Assembly: GCA_963674825.1 (NCBI GenBank)
Contig: OY771587.1
Span: 576,001-640,000 of the forward strand
Source: Candidatus Cloacimonadales bacterium
GTDB taxonomy: Bacteria; Cloacimonadota; Cloacimonadia; Cloacimonadales; JAIOQZ01
Direction of reading: 5' to 3'
DNA length: 64,000 nucleotides
Position numbers and translations under genes: made by a program. Positions within the stretch are counted from its first letter, which is position 1, and every line of letters starts with the position of its first letter. The notes beneath the pieces were generated by a model, which had not been told where the DNA came from, made no database searches, and saw only the letters and a list, made by a program, of their open reading frames with translations. Shown in pieces: positions 50,434-59,999 of this stretch.

Positions 50434-51468
50434 TCAACTGCGTTCAAGCTGATACAAATTCTCACGATATTCGTTCTCGGACGGATCGATCTTGATCGCC
50501 CGTAGTATCCAATCTTTGGCACGATTCGTGTCTCCGTTCTTCCACCAGCATACACCGAGGTTGTTCATCACTTCCGCGCTCTGCGGATGTGCCTTCACCA
50601 TCGATTCAAAGACCTCAATCGCCTTCTGTACGTCACCTCTCATGAAGTGGCTCTGGCCAACGCGCATCCACTCCTCATACTGCATGACAGGTTTAACGTC
50701 CTCAAGCTCCAGCAGCTCCTCGAACTCGGTTCCTTCAAGCGTCGCAACAAGCTCATCGTAATTTGTCACGATCTCCTCGATTCGGCTCGGATTGGTCTTG
50801 CGGATGGGGCTCTCCAGGTCGAACTTGCGGTTTGCCTCGCCCAGAAAATCGAAGATCGAACGCAGAGCATCCGGCTTCATTGTCTGCGATTCTTCGGTTT
50901 TATCGAAGAAATCCTCGTAAAACAAGGTCAGCGTCGGGAAATGCGCCGGTATGAATTCCGAGAAATGTTCGATCTCTTCCTTACGTTTGCGGAGCTCTCC
51001 CAGCAGTTTTTCACCAGTGTTTATGCGAATCCGGATGGGATCGTATTTCTTCAGATCGTGCGCCTTGCGGCCTTGCTTCTGCTTTTCGATATTCACCAGG
51101 AGCGAGATATAAGTCTTGAGGTAGTTTCGGCGAATCAGGTGGATGATACGGACATCGTACTCGTTCAGCAGCTCGTGCAAATTCGCCAGCGTGTTCATCT
51201 GATCGTACTTGATGTCGAACCCGACATGCGGCTCACCGTGTGACAGGAAAAAGCGGTTAAAGTAGTCCCTGAACAGCTTTGTCGCATGTTTGTACACCAG
51301 ATATTTCTCATCCTGTCGCATCGCTTCCAGCCAGATTTTCGGAAACGAATCCCCACGATCAAGTAGTAGAAGCTCACCTGTACAGAATATATTCGGATGC
51401 GCGTTGAGCAGCGTTTCCAGGAATCCAGTTCCCGAACGTTGTTTCGATATCACGATGAAACGACTCAT
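50434..51468 (-). CDS. Stf0-like sulfotransferase with C-terminal TPRs
   Basis: QRSGTGFL..LLN.HP, IHLIRRN, YED, NYDEL; TPR VMNNLGVC. Confidence 0.85.
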   Translation of the reverse strand: MSRFIVISKQRSGTGFLETLLNAHPNIFCTGELLLLDRGDSFPKIWLEAMRQDEKYLVYKHATKLFRDYFNRFFLSHGEPHVGFDIKYDQMNTLANLHELLNEYDVRIIHLIRRNYLKTYISLLVNIEKQKQGRKAHDLKKYDPIRIRINTGEKLLGELRKRKEEIEHFSEFIPAHFPTLTLFYEDFFDKTEESQTMKPDALRSIFDFLGEANRKFDLESPIRKTNPSRIEEIVTNYDELVATLEGTEFEELLELEDVKPVMQYEEWMRVGQSHFMRGDVQKAIEVFESMVKAHPQSAEVMNNLGVCWWKNGDTNRAKDWILRAIKIDPSENEYRENLYQLERS

Positions 51469-51516
51469 AGTTTCTCCTTGCCCTGAAACACAGACAACCT
51501 GCCTGAATCTGTTGGC

Positions 51517-53412
51517 TTATCCAAAATTTTCTCTCCACTTTTCGAATACATACAACGCCCATAATGGCTTGCGATTATCTTTCTTACCGCGTAAATGCTC
51601 CTGCAACATCCGCTGGATCATTTCCGACTGGAAGATACCGTCATGGTCGATCTTCTTGGGATCGAAGGTTTCTTCCATCTCAGCGCGCAGATCGTGCTTG
51701 ATCCACTTCGCCAGCGGGATACCGAAGCCTTTTTTCTTACGATACAGCACATCGTGCGGCAAGCGGCTTTCCAGTGCCTTCTTCAGGATATACTTGCGCG
51801 TCGTGCCCTTCATCTTGAGGCTTGACGGCAACGAATTGGCAAACTCGGCGAACTCCACGTCCAGAAACGGAGTACGTGCCTCCAGCGAGACCATCATACT
51901 TGCACGATCCACCTTCACGAGGATGTCGTTTTGCAAGTAGAAACGCTGGTAGTTCCAGCCGATTTCGTCCAGCCAGTCCCGGAACTGCATCCGACGCTGA
52001 TCCTCAACAATCTGTTCGTACGGATTCATTTTGCCGATTTCCAGCAGCACATCACCGGTGAGGATCTCCCGTTGCTGCTGCGGTGTAAACGCTCCCAGCC
52101 ACACCTGATTGCGAATCCCACGCGGTTGATAGACACCCTTGAGAAAATGCTTGATCTTAAAATCGAGGCTCATGTTGCGCGTTGAAACAGGCATCATGGT
52201 TGCCAGCGGTTTGACAATAGCCTGATGCAAAGACTTCGGAAGAATTTCGTAGCGATCCGCCCATAGATGCGCAAGGAAAGGATCGTACCCTGCGAAAAGC
52301 TCGTCTCCGCCATCGCCACCCAATGCGACCGTCACATGCTGTCTCGTGAAGCGCGATAGGAGATAGGTCGGGATGATGGATGCATCCGCAAACGGCTCGT
52401 CCAGGCGTGACCATATCTCCGGTTGAATATCCAGCATGGTCTGCGCGGTGAGAATATCCTCGTGGTGGTTGGTACCAAACAGCTTCGCAACTTTCTGAGC
52501 CCAGCTCGATTCGTCGAAACTGGCTTCCTGGAATCCTATGGAAAAAGTCTTGATCTTGTCTGCCGGCATCATTTCGGAGAGCAGCGCAATTATACTGCTG
52601 GAATCGATTCCGCCGCTGAGAAACACGCCCAGCGGAACATCGCTCATCAGCCTGCGCTGCACGGCACGTTTGAGCTTCGCGATCAGCTCTTCGCCCAGTT
52701 CGCGTTCGTCCATTTTCGTCGGAAGGTCGTTAAACCGCGGTTGCCAGTAGGGCTCGATGGTCGAGGTTCCGTTCCTCCAGATCATCAGGCTGCCCTGTTG
52801 CAGCTTCTTGATACCCCGATAGATCGAATACGGTGCAGGTAGATACTCGTAGGCGAGGTAGCGGCTTAGCGATTGGTAGTCGAGATCGCGCTCGATGTAT
52901 GGGTGCTCCAGCAGTGCTTTTACCTCTGATGCGAATGCGATTCCGTTGCCGTCTTCGTAATAGTAGAGCGGCTTTTGCCCGAACCGGTCGCGACTGAGGA
53001 TCAGCGATTGGCTGCGTTCATCCCAGATTCCAAAGGCGAACATGCCGTTCATCCGTGGGAAGAATTCGACACCGTACTCCTGATATCCGTAAAGGATTAC
53101 CTCGGTGTCGGTTGCGGAACTGAACACATACCCCTTCTCGAGCAGATCGTCTTTCAGTTCCTGGAAATTGTAGATCTCGCCGTTGAAAGTGATGTGAATA
53201 TCGCCGGATATGGTTGTCATGGGCTGACTGCCGTGCACAGACAGGTCGATAATGCTCAGACGTCTATGCCCGAGTCCGACGTGTATTTCAGGTGTCTGCT
53301 TCAGCCACACACCGCCAGCGTCCGGCCCTCGATGCACAAGCGCTTTGGTCATCTGGTCAAGCTGCTCTTCGACGATCTCACGCCGACTGACAAATCCGAC
53401 AATTCCGCACAT
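51517..53412 (-). CDS. asnB: Asparagine synthase-family glutamine amidotransferase (second copy)
   Basis: MCGI, HRGPD, NGEIYN, LSGGIDSS, GDGGDELFAGY, KVDRASM. Confidence 0.94.
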   Translation of the reverse strand: MCGIVGFVSRREIVEEQLDQMTKALVHRGPDAGGVWLKQTPEIHVGLGHRRLSIIDLSVHGSQPMTTISGDIHITFNGEIYNFQELKDDLLEKGYVFSSATDTEVILYGYQEYGVEFFPRMNGMFAFGIWDERSQSLILSRDRFGQKPLYYYEDGNGIAFASEVKALLEHPYIERDLDYQSLSRYLAYEYLPAPYSIYRGIKKLQQGSLMIWRNGTSTIEPYWQPRFNDLPTKMDERELGEELIAKLKRAVQRRLMSDVPLGVFLSGGIDSSSIIALLSEMMPADKIKTFSIGFQEASFDESSWAQKVAKLFGTNHHEDILTAQTMLDIQPEIWSRLDEPFADASIIPTYLLSRFTRQHVTVALGGDGGDELFAGYDPFLAHLWADRYEILPKSLHQAIVKPLATMMPVSTRNMSLDFKIKHFLKGVYQPRGIRNQVWLGAFTPQQQREILTGDVLLEIGKMNPYEQIVEDQRRMQFRDWLDEIGWNYQRFYLQNDILVKVDRASMMVSLEARTPFLDVEFAEFANSLPSSLKMKGTTRKYILKKALESRLPHDVLYRKKKGFGIPLAKWIKHDLRAEMEETFDPKKIDHDGIFQSEMIQRMLQEHLRGKKDNRKPLWALYVFEKWRENFG

Positions 53413-53430
53413 GATTTTACCAAATAATCC

Positions 53431-55116
53431 TTAGGACGATAGTTTCTTCGAGATGATTTTCTCGACGATGTAGTAGTCTTTCTTCTGCCCTTCGAAGTAG
53501 ATACGCATCATGATCTCACCCAGGAGACCCATGATCACGATCTGGAAACTCGATATACCGAGGATGCCAAACATCAACAGCAGTACATCGAACGAAATCG
53601 GGATAGGCAGGAATATCTTAGCCAGCGCAATCGCTGCAAGCGCGACGGTTCCAGCCGTGAATATCTTACGCGCCAGCTTTCCGAAAAACTGGATAGGACG
53701 CGTCATGTAGTCGGAAAAGAATCTCACAACCAGAAGATCGAAGATAACTCGTGAAACACGCGAAAGGTTATACTTGGCTCGGCCGTGGATCCGGGCGTGG
53801 TGGTTAACGGGAATCTCTGTCACTCGAACACCGATCCAAGCGGCGAAAACCGGGATGAATCGGTGCATTTCGCCATAGAGATGAATGTTCTTGATGATGC
53901 CGCGCTTGTAGGCCTTGAGCGTACAGCCGAAGTCGTGCAGCGAGATGCCGGTACCCGAAATCAACTTGTTGATCAGCGCGTTGGCGATCTGCGAAGGGAT
54001 TTTGCGGGTGATCATCTTATCCTTGCGGTCCTTGCGCCAACCGTTGACAAGGTCATACCCCTCCGCCATCTTTTCCAGTAACTTCGGGATATCGGCAGGA
54101 TCGTTTTGCAGGTCGCCGTCAAGCGTGATGATAACTTTGCCGTGGGCGTATTTGAATCCTGCGCTGAGCGCGGCTGTCTGGCCATAGTTACGGCGGAACT
54201 GGATCACCTTGATATGCTCGTCTTCCATTGCCATCTTCTTCATCAGAGGTAGGCTTCCGTCGGTGCTTCCGTCGTCGATGAAGATGATCTCATAATTCTG
54301 CCGCAGCGGCTCCAGCGCGCTGGTGATCTTCTCATGCAGGATGGGCAGGTTTTCCACTTCGTCCATAATGGGCACGATAATGGAGAGATCGATTTCCTTC
54401 TCTGCCGGGTCGATATCGAATTCGGACAGCATGCTCAGTGGCGCAATGTCGAAGGTGCGGTCAGAAAACTCGAGTCGAAGCGATCCGCTGGGGATGTCGT
54501 TCGGATTGGTCTCAAGCACCTCGAGCTGGCGTTGAAACTCCATCACCTCCACCTGTGAGACCTTGTCTGCGAGCAGTTCGTTAAGCAGTGTTCGGGCTTT
54601 TTCAATATTCCCGGTGGAAAGATACACGTAGCCAAGATTGAGCTTGGCGAAGTAATAGCGTGGATTGATCTCGATCGCCTCTTGCAGCACATTCGCGGCT
54701 CTGTTGTAGCTACGCAGGTTGTAGAGCATCACGCCGATATCGTTGAGCAGTTCGGCGTTGTCCGGCTCCAGTTCACGGGCACGGTTCAGCACCTGTAACG
54801 CCTGATCAAATTTGCCTTGTTCGTAGAGGATCAAGCCGTAATTGTAGAGGTATTTGAAGTTGTTCGGCTCCAGGCTGACAGCCTGATGAAGCAGCTCGCT
54901 GCTTCGCTCGAAATCGTTGAGCATTTTGTAAGCGTTCCCCAGCACGGAATGGATTTCCGACTGGTTGTTATCCCTTTCCAGCGCCATTTCCCAATACTTC
55001 ACAGCCTGCGGAAGGTCGTTCTCTTTGAAAAATTTCAGGCCGAGTTGGAAATAGTTCTGTTCATCGCTGGTTGACGTCGATTCGCCTCCGAGCGAAAGCT
55101 TGCTAACCGGATTCAT
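53431..55116 (-). CDS. TPR-repeat / GT2 (ArnC/polyprenol-phosphate sugar transferase-like) fusion
   Basis: N-terminal TPRs; IDDGSTD, RNYGQTAA, LDGDLQNDP, GEMHRFIP; two C-terminal TM helices. Confidence 0.9.
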   Translation of the reverse strand: MNPVSKLSLGGESTSTSDEQNYFQLGLKFFKENDLPQAVKYWEMALERDNNQSEIHSVLGNAYKMLNDFERSSELLHQAVSLEPNNFKYLYNYGLILYEQGKFDQALQVLNRARELEPDNAELLNDIGVMLYNLRSYNRAANVLQEAIEINPRYYFAKLNLGYVYLSTGNIEKARTLLNELLADKVSQVEVMEFQRQLEVLETNPNDIPSGSLRLEFSDRTFDIAPLSMLSEFDIDPAEKEIDLSIIVPIMDEVENLPILHEKITSALEPLRQNYEIIFIDDGSTDGSLPLMKKMAMEDEHIKVIQFRRNYGQTAALSAGFKYAHGKVIITLDGDLQNDPADIPKLLEKMAEGYDLVNGWRKDRKDKMITRKIPSQIANALINKLISGTGISLHDFGCTLKAYKRGIIKNIHLYGEMHRFIPVFAAWIGVRVTEIPVNHHARIHGRAKYNLSRVSRVIFDLLVVRFFSDYMTRPIQFFGKLARKIFTAGTVALAAIALAKIFLPIPISFDVLLLMFGILGISSFQIVIMGLLGEIMMRIYFEGQKKDYYIVEKIISKKLSS

Positions 55117-55488
55117 AGGTCCTCCGAAGAGATGTCAGGCGGAAAAAATGGCACCATCGCGCCATCGGACCGGAATTGTCCGTTAAATCAGTTCTTCCCG
55201 GGTCACTTCCCTGTGACATCATCGTAACTCATTCCCTTGATTAAGGTTGATTCACTATCGATCTCGCGCGCGAAGGCTGAATTTTGCCATTTGCTCACGA
55301 GTATTCCTTTTTTCTCGGTAGTTTATAAAGAAAGGATTGTGCCAAAAAGATTTATTGAACCAAACAAGAAGCATGATTGGCTTTAACGACGTATTTACAG
55401 TGCCTTACCACTATTCCCAGATTGCAGTGGTATTTGATTTCTTAGTGGGAATTTATGGTTCTGGGGAAATTATTTCCTCAATGGGGAC

Positions 55489-57774
55489 TCACGATTTCTT
55501 TGAATGTGAGACTGTCACCTCTTCGATCTTACCAACTAACTCACGCAAAGAAAGCGGTTTGGTAATCACGGATCGGATACCGTATTGCCCTATCTTTAGC
55601 TCGTTTCCGCGCTCATGAAATCCCGTGCAGATGATTATCGGAAGGTCAGGCCGAAGCGAATTTGCCTTGCGGGCGATATCTAAGCCTGTGAAGTCAGGCA
55701 TGGAAAGATCCGAGATAATTAGGTCGAGCTGATCGATACTCTCGGTGATTTCTTGCATCGCTTCCTTGCTGTCTGTGTAACCAGTAACGTTGTAACCAAA
55801 AGATGATAGCGCTTTTTTGATCATCACAACGATCGAACTTTCGTCATCTACATAGAGGATGCTTAGGGGTGCCGTGGCCATAACGTCTTCTTCGACATAG
55901 CGACCAGCATATGCGCCATCTTTCTGTAATACGGGAAGATAGATATCAAAAGCCGTTCCTTCTCCGACGATACTACTCACCTCGATAGCCCCGTTCAGAG
56001 TAGAAACGATACCTTGTACAATTGCTAACCCGAGGCCAGATCCTTTGTCTTTCGGTTTGGTCGAGAAATAGGGGTCGAAAATGCGGTTGATAATTTCGGG
56101 GGGAATGCCATGCCCTGTATCCTTGATCTGCAGATGGACATAATCGCCTGCATCGATCTTTTCATGCAATCGTAACGGGATGTCGGCATAAGCTATATCT
56201 CGTAGCGAGACATCCAGTTGACCACCGTTTTTCTCCATCGCAAACGCAGCATTCATGCAGAGATTCAGCATGATCTGATGGATGTTCGAAGCGTCTGCAA
56301 GAACTCGATATTTTGTATCAAGTTCGCATGATACCCGAACGTTTTCCGGAATCAGTGACTTGATAAGATTCATCGCATCGCGAACGAGATCATGAATCGA
56401 GACAGGCTTGAATTCACGATCGGAACGTCGCGTGAACGAAATGATCTGGTTCACGAGGTCGCGCGCCTTTGTGGCGGCATTGACAATTTCCTGAAGACTG
56501 GCTCGGTTTTCCGTGTTATAATCCATCTCCATTTTTAAAAGATCAGCATAACCAAGTATCACGGAGAGAATATTGTTGAAATCGTGCGCTATGCCGCCGG
56601 CAAGTGTTCCGATCGCCTCCATTTTCTGCTTTTGCCGGAGCTGCTGCTCGGAAATGCTTCGTTGTGTAATATCGCGCAGGATCGCCTGAACCGCTACCCC
56701 ACTATCCGTGTCCAGATACGTAACCGAGACGTCGAATTCGATCTCTCGACCATCGCGAGTTAATGCAGTCATCGAATAAGTTCGGGATACTGGTTGACCA
56801 AGAATAACCCTCTTCCTCCGTTCCTCCATTATCTTCATACTCGATGGCGCAATCATCTTCATAAAATTGAAGTCTGGATCACACACTTCTTCCTTTGTAT
56901 ACCCCATCACTTCGGTAAATTTCTTGTTCACCAGCTCAAACTTGTTGTTCACCATCACGTAGATTACATCATTGCTTGTTTCAATCAACTGCCGATACTT
57001 CTCTTCACTGTTCTTAAGCGCTAGCTCTGCGTTATCTCTCGCAATTGTTCGCTCCTGCAATGAAGCGGCCATCGAATTGATTCCATGTTGAAGCTTCGAA
57101 ATTTCAGGTGATGAATCAATGTCGACTATCCTGGGGCTGAAATCACCGTCTTCTATCCTCTGAACACTTGCCAGCATTACATCGAATTTCTTCACAAGCT
57201 GCCCAACAAGAAACGCCGCGCTGGTCAACATGATCATCATTGCAGATATAGAAACCAGTACAACGATAATTAGAAACCGGATACGGTAAGCGAACATCTC
57301 TTCGCGACTGACAGAAAGCACGAAAACCCAGTTCCACGGCTCGTAACTTCTATAAACTGCAAAGTGGCTGTGGCCAAGTGATTCAAGCCAAATGAACCCG
57401 TTTCCACTCTTTTGAAGCTGGGGTAAAACATCCGATGATAACATCAAGTGCTGTATTTTGGAAAAATCGACACTGGTATCAGGAGGAATAACATTGAGTC
57501 CACCGGTTTCACCGTATCGATAACCATTATATTGATTGATGAAATCCTGCTGTTTCCGGGTCAAAAATTCCTGATTGTCGATACCCCATTTCTCAAGTGT
57601 AGTCGTCACTTGTCTTGCCCGGTCAATGATACGGTTTAATTCCTGAGACAGCTCTCGCTCATACTGGTTTCTGGTTACTTCCTGAATTGTGAACCAACCC
57701 ACAGAAATGAGTGCAGATGTCAGAACCACCAGCGATGCTGCATGATAAAGGAGAATCCGGTTACGGAGCTTCAT
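55489..57774 (-). CDS. Hybrid sensor histidine kinase (Cache-like, HAMP, PAS, HisKA, HATPase, REC)
   Basis: Two TM helices; AHDFNNIL, NLCMNA, DTGHG, FSTK, GLGL; REC VDDE...SDLSMP...KP. Confidence 0.95.
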   Translation of the reverse strand: MKLRNRILLYHAASLVVLTSALISVGWFTIQEVTRNQYERELSQELNRIIDRARQVTTTLEKWGIDNQEFLTRKQQDFINQYNGYRYGETGGLNVIPPDTSVDFSKIQHLMLSSDVLPQLQKSGNGFIWLESLGHSHFAVYRSYEPWNWVFVLSVSREEMFAYRIRFLIIVVLVSISAMMIMLTSAAFLVGQLVKKFDVMLASVQRIEDGDFSPRIVDIDSSPEISKLQHGINSMAASLQERTIARDNAELALKNSEEKYRQLIETSNDVIYVMVNNKFELVNKKFTEVMGYTKEEVCDPDFNFMKMIAPSSMKIMEERRKRVILGQPVSRTYSMTALTRDGREIEFDVSVTYLDTDSGVAVQAILRDITQRSISEQQLRQKQKMEAIGTLAGGIAHDFNNILSVILGYADLLKMEMDYNTENRASLQEIVNAATKARDLVNQIISFTRRSDREFKPVSIHDLVRDAMNLIKSLIPENVRVSCELDTKYRVLADASNIHQIMLNLCMNAAFAMEKNGGQLDVSLRDIAYADIPLRLHEKIDAGDYVHLQIKDTGHGIPPEIINRIFDPYFSTKPKDKGSGLGLAIVQGIVSTLNGAIEVSSIVGEGTAFDIYLPVLQKDGAYAGRYVEEDVMATAPLSILYVDDESSIVVMIKKALSSFGYNVTGYTDSKEAMQEITESIDQLDLIISDLSMPDFTGLDIARKANSLRPDLPIIICTGFHERGNELKIGQYGIRSVITKPLSLRELVGKIEEVTVSHSKKS

Positions 57775-58922
57775 TTCTTGTCCTCCACCGTATCCGCTTT
57801 CTTGATCTGATTGATAACGCTATCCGCCATCTCCATCACGACGATAGGAATATTAAAGCCTATTAATCGAGCTACCTCTATATTGATCGATAATCGAGGC
57901 GGTGAATGAAATCGATTTTCAAGAACACCGGGAATCGCTCCGTTAAGGATTTGAGCAATCTTCTCGGCAATAAACTCGCCCACGACTTCCGGATCCTCGA
58001 TATCCAGGCTCATCAAAACACCATATGGAACATCCTCGACACCTGATTGGGAAAAAGTCGGTATATTATATTCGAAAAACGGCTGAAGCAAGACTGGCAT
58101 GTTCTCAGGAATCATCGTTTCATACTCGGTAAGGTACATTGCATCCACGCGTGGTGCAAGCCTTTTGTGGCACTCGATCAAGTCTTTCAGTGTCTGATCC
58201 GCGTCAGGGCGATCCTGAAGGCAATGTTCTTCAATAACTTCAAAGTTGTACTTTTTCGCCATTTCATGCACCGTTTCCAGCGCAGCATAACTTCTGCCTG
58301 TCTGTGTATCTTCATACACAATTCCGAGCTTCTTGAAGCCAACGATATCATGAAAAACCTGGAGTTGTGTTTCAAAACGATACGGAAAACTGATAACGAA
58401 AGTATGATTGAATCGATTGCTGTCGTATGATGGGATAATGCCAGCCAGTACAGGGTCGGAGGTGCTGAACACGATTGTCGTTGTATGATGCTCGTCCGTT
58501 ACCAGATCGAGCCCTGCCCATGTACCGGCAGCAAACATCAAATCGATGTCACTGTCATCCTTCTTCAAACGGGCGATGATCTTGCTTCTATCTTTTACTC
58601 GTTCGCTTTCATTCCAATCCGCGCTCCAGAATGCATCTGGAATAAAAACGAGATGGTCGCTCTTCACCGATGTGCACAGCCATTGCCATATGCCCTGCAT
58701 ATCGGGCTCGGTGATCTCTTTGGGAAATTCATCGAATTGTATCAGGCCTGCATCTCGCAGCCCACCCAAAATACCCAGAAAATTCTGGTAATAATCCCCG
58801 TATTCGCCACCCTGGTAATACCCGACTCTCCATTGTTTCATCGATTCATTGCCACTACCCGAATGCGCAATGATCGGAATGGCAATGCTAAAGGCCAAGA
58901 AAAGAATCAAGAATTTTCGCAT
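57771..58922 (-). CDS. Periplasmic ABC substrate-binding-like protein
   Basis: Signal peptide; AGTWAG, SDPVLAG, KLGIVY, IPTFSQ, INIEVA..IG; ATGA-coupled to the kinase. Confidence 0.8.
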   Translation of the reverse strand: MRKFLILFLAFSIAIPIIAHSGSGNESMKQWRVGYYQGGEYGDYYQNFLGILGGLRDAGLIQFDEFPKEITEPDMQGIWQWLCTSVKSDHLVFIPDAFWSADWNESERVKDRSKIIARLKKDDSDIDLMFAAGTWAGLDLVTDEHHTTTIVFSTSDPVLAGIIPSYDSNRFNHTFVISFPYRFETQLQVFHDIVGFKKLGIVYEDTQTGRSYAALETVHEMAKKYNFEVIEEHCLQDRPDADQTLKDLIECHKRLAPRVDAMYLTEYETMIPENMPVLLQPFFEYNIPTFSQSGVEDVPYGVLMSLDIEDPEVVGEFIAEKIAQILNGAIPGVLENRFHSPPRLSINIEVARLIGFNIPIVVMEMADSVINQIKKADTVEDKK

Positions 58923-59152
58923 GAATGCTCCGGCACGTTGTTATTGGTAAACTGCTTTCTCCAATACGAATATAAGGCCCACCTTATGATTCATGCAAGG
59001 AAAAAAGAGAAATACGACGTAAAATCCATGATTAGTATGCAGAAACATGCTTCGAGTTTAAGCTTCATCCAGCCCCCTGACGCATTAAAACCTGCATTAA
59101 CTCTATCAATTCTGATATTTATTCACCATCTAACAGGAATTTCACTTTTAAG

Positions 59153-59181
59153 TTGACGTTACCTCACATCGATAGTAAATT
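59153..59181 (+). promoter_or_regulatory. Sigma70-type promoter of the signalling operon
   Basis: TTGACG - 17 nt - TAAATT. Confidence 0.55.
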
Positions 59182-59361
59182 TTGGGAGGTGCTAGCGTTG
59201 CCGATTACTGATTCTGAAGCTGCTTCATCGTTGGAAAACGCCATAAACGGCGTCTTAACTCATCAGGTTTTGTTGCAATGCACGCAAATGTCGGCAAATA
59301 GGCAAGTCCCCTCCCACCGTTTACTTTGTTTTTATAATGAAGAATTCCAATGGAGAACATT

Positions 59362-59973
59362 ATGAAAGAACGAATCCTGCTGGTTGACGATGACGAAAAC
59401 ATTCTCAAATCCCTTACACGGCAGCTGCACCAACATTTTATCTTTGAAACGGCTTCCAATGCTGCGGAAGGCCTCGACCTTCTAAAAGATGACCGAGACT
59501 TCGCTATCGTTGTTTCAGATCTCAAGATGCCCGGCATGGATGGCATTGACTTCCTGATAAAAGTAAAAGATCTGATACCAGACACCGTGAGAATCATGTT
59601 GTCCGGCAACGCGGATTTTACCCAGTCAGTTCGCGCAGTAAACGAAGGCAACGTGTTCCGCTTTTTATCCAAGCCATTTCCAGCCAAAAAGCTTATTGAA
59701 GTCCTGAAGCTGGCAGCGAGCCAATACAAGCTGAACTGTGAGATTTCCGCTGAATCCAATCTACGCAAAGATATGGGGCAGACAATTTCAACATGCTCCT
59801 ATTGCAATCGAATCAAGGACGACAAATCAACCGGTGATGGAGATATACGATGGGAACGCTTTGAGCTATACCTTTCACGGAAATTCGGTTTCAGATTCTC
59901 CCATTGTGTTTGTCCCGACTGTGTAAATAAACTATACGAAGAGTTGGAACAGATGCGAGATCATAGTCGATAG
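59362..59973 (+). CDS. Response regulator with C-terminal Cys-rich (CxxC...CPDC) domain
   Basis: LVDDD, SDLKMP, KP; TCSYCNRIKD...W...FSHCVCPDC. Confidence 0.9.
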   Translation: MKERILLVDDDENILKSLTRQLHQHFIFETASNAAEGLDLLKDDRDFAIVVSDLKMPGMDGIDFLIKVKDLIPDTVRIMLSGNADFTQSVRAVNEGNVFRFLSKPFPAKKLIEVLKLAASQYKLNCEISAESNLRKDMGQTISTCSYCNRIKDDKSTGDGDIRWERFELYLSRKFGFRFSHCVCPDCVNKLYEELEQMRDHSR

Positions 59974-59999
59974 AGCATTCAACAGGAAAAGGAACTGAC

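Noticed and set aside
59183..59320. Identification as a yybP-ykoY, c-di-GMP-I or ydaO riboswitch
   Set aside because: Only the ends loosely resemble yybP-ykoY; the conserved cores of these families were not found by eye.
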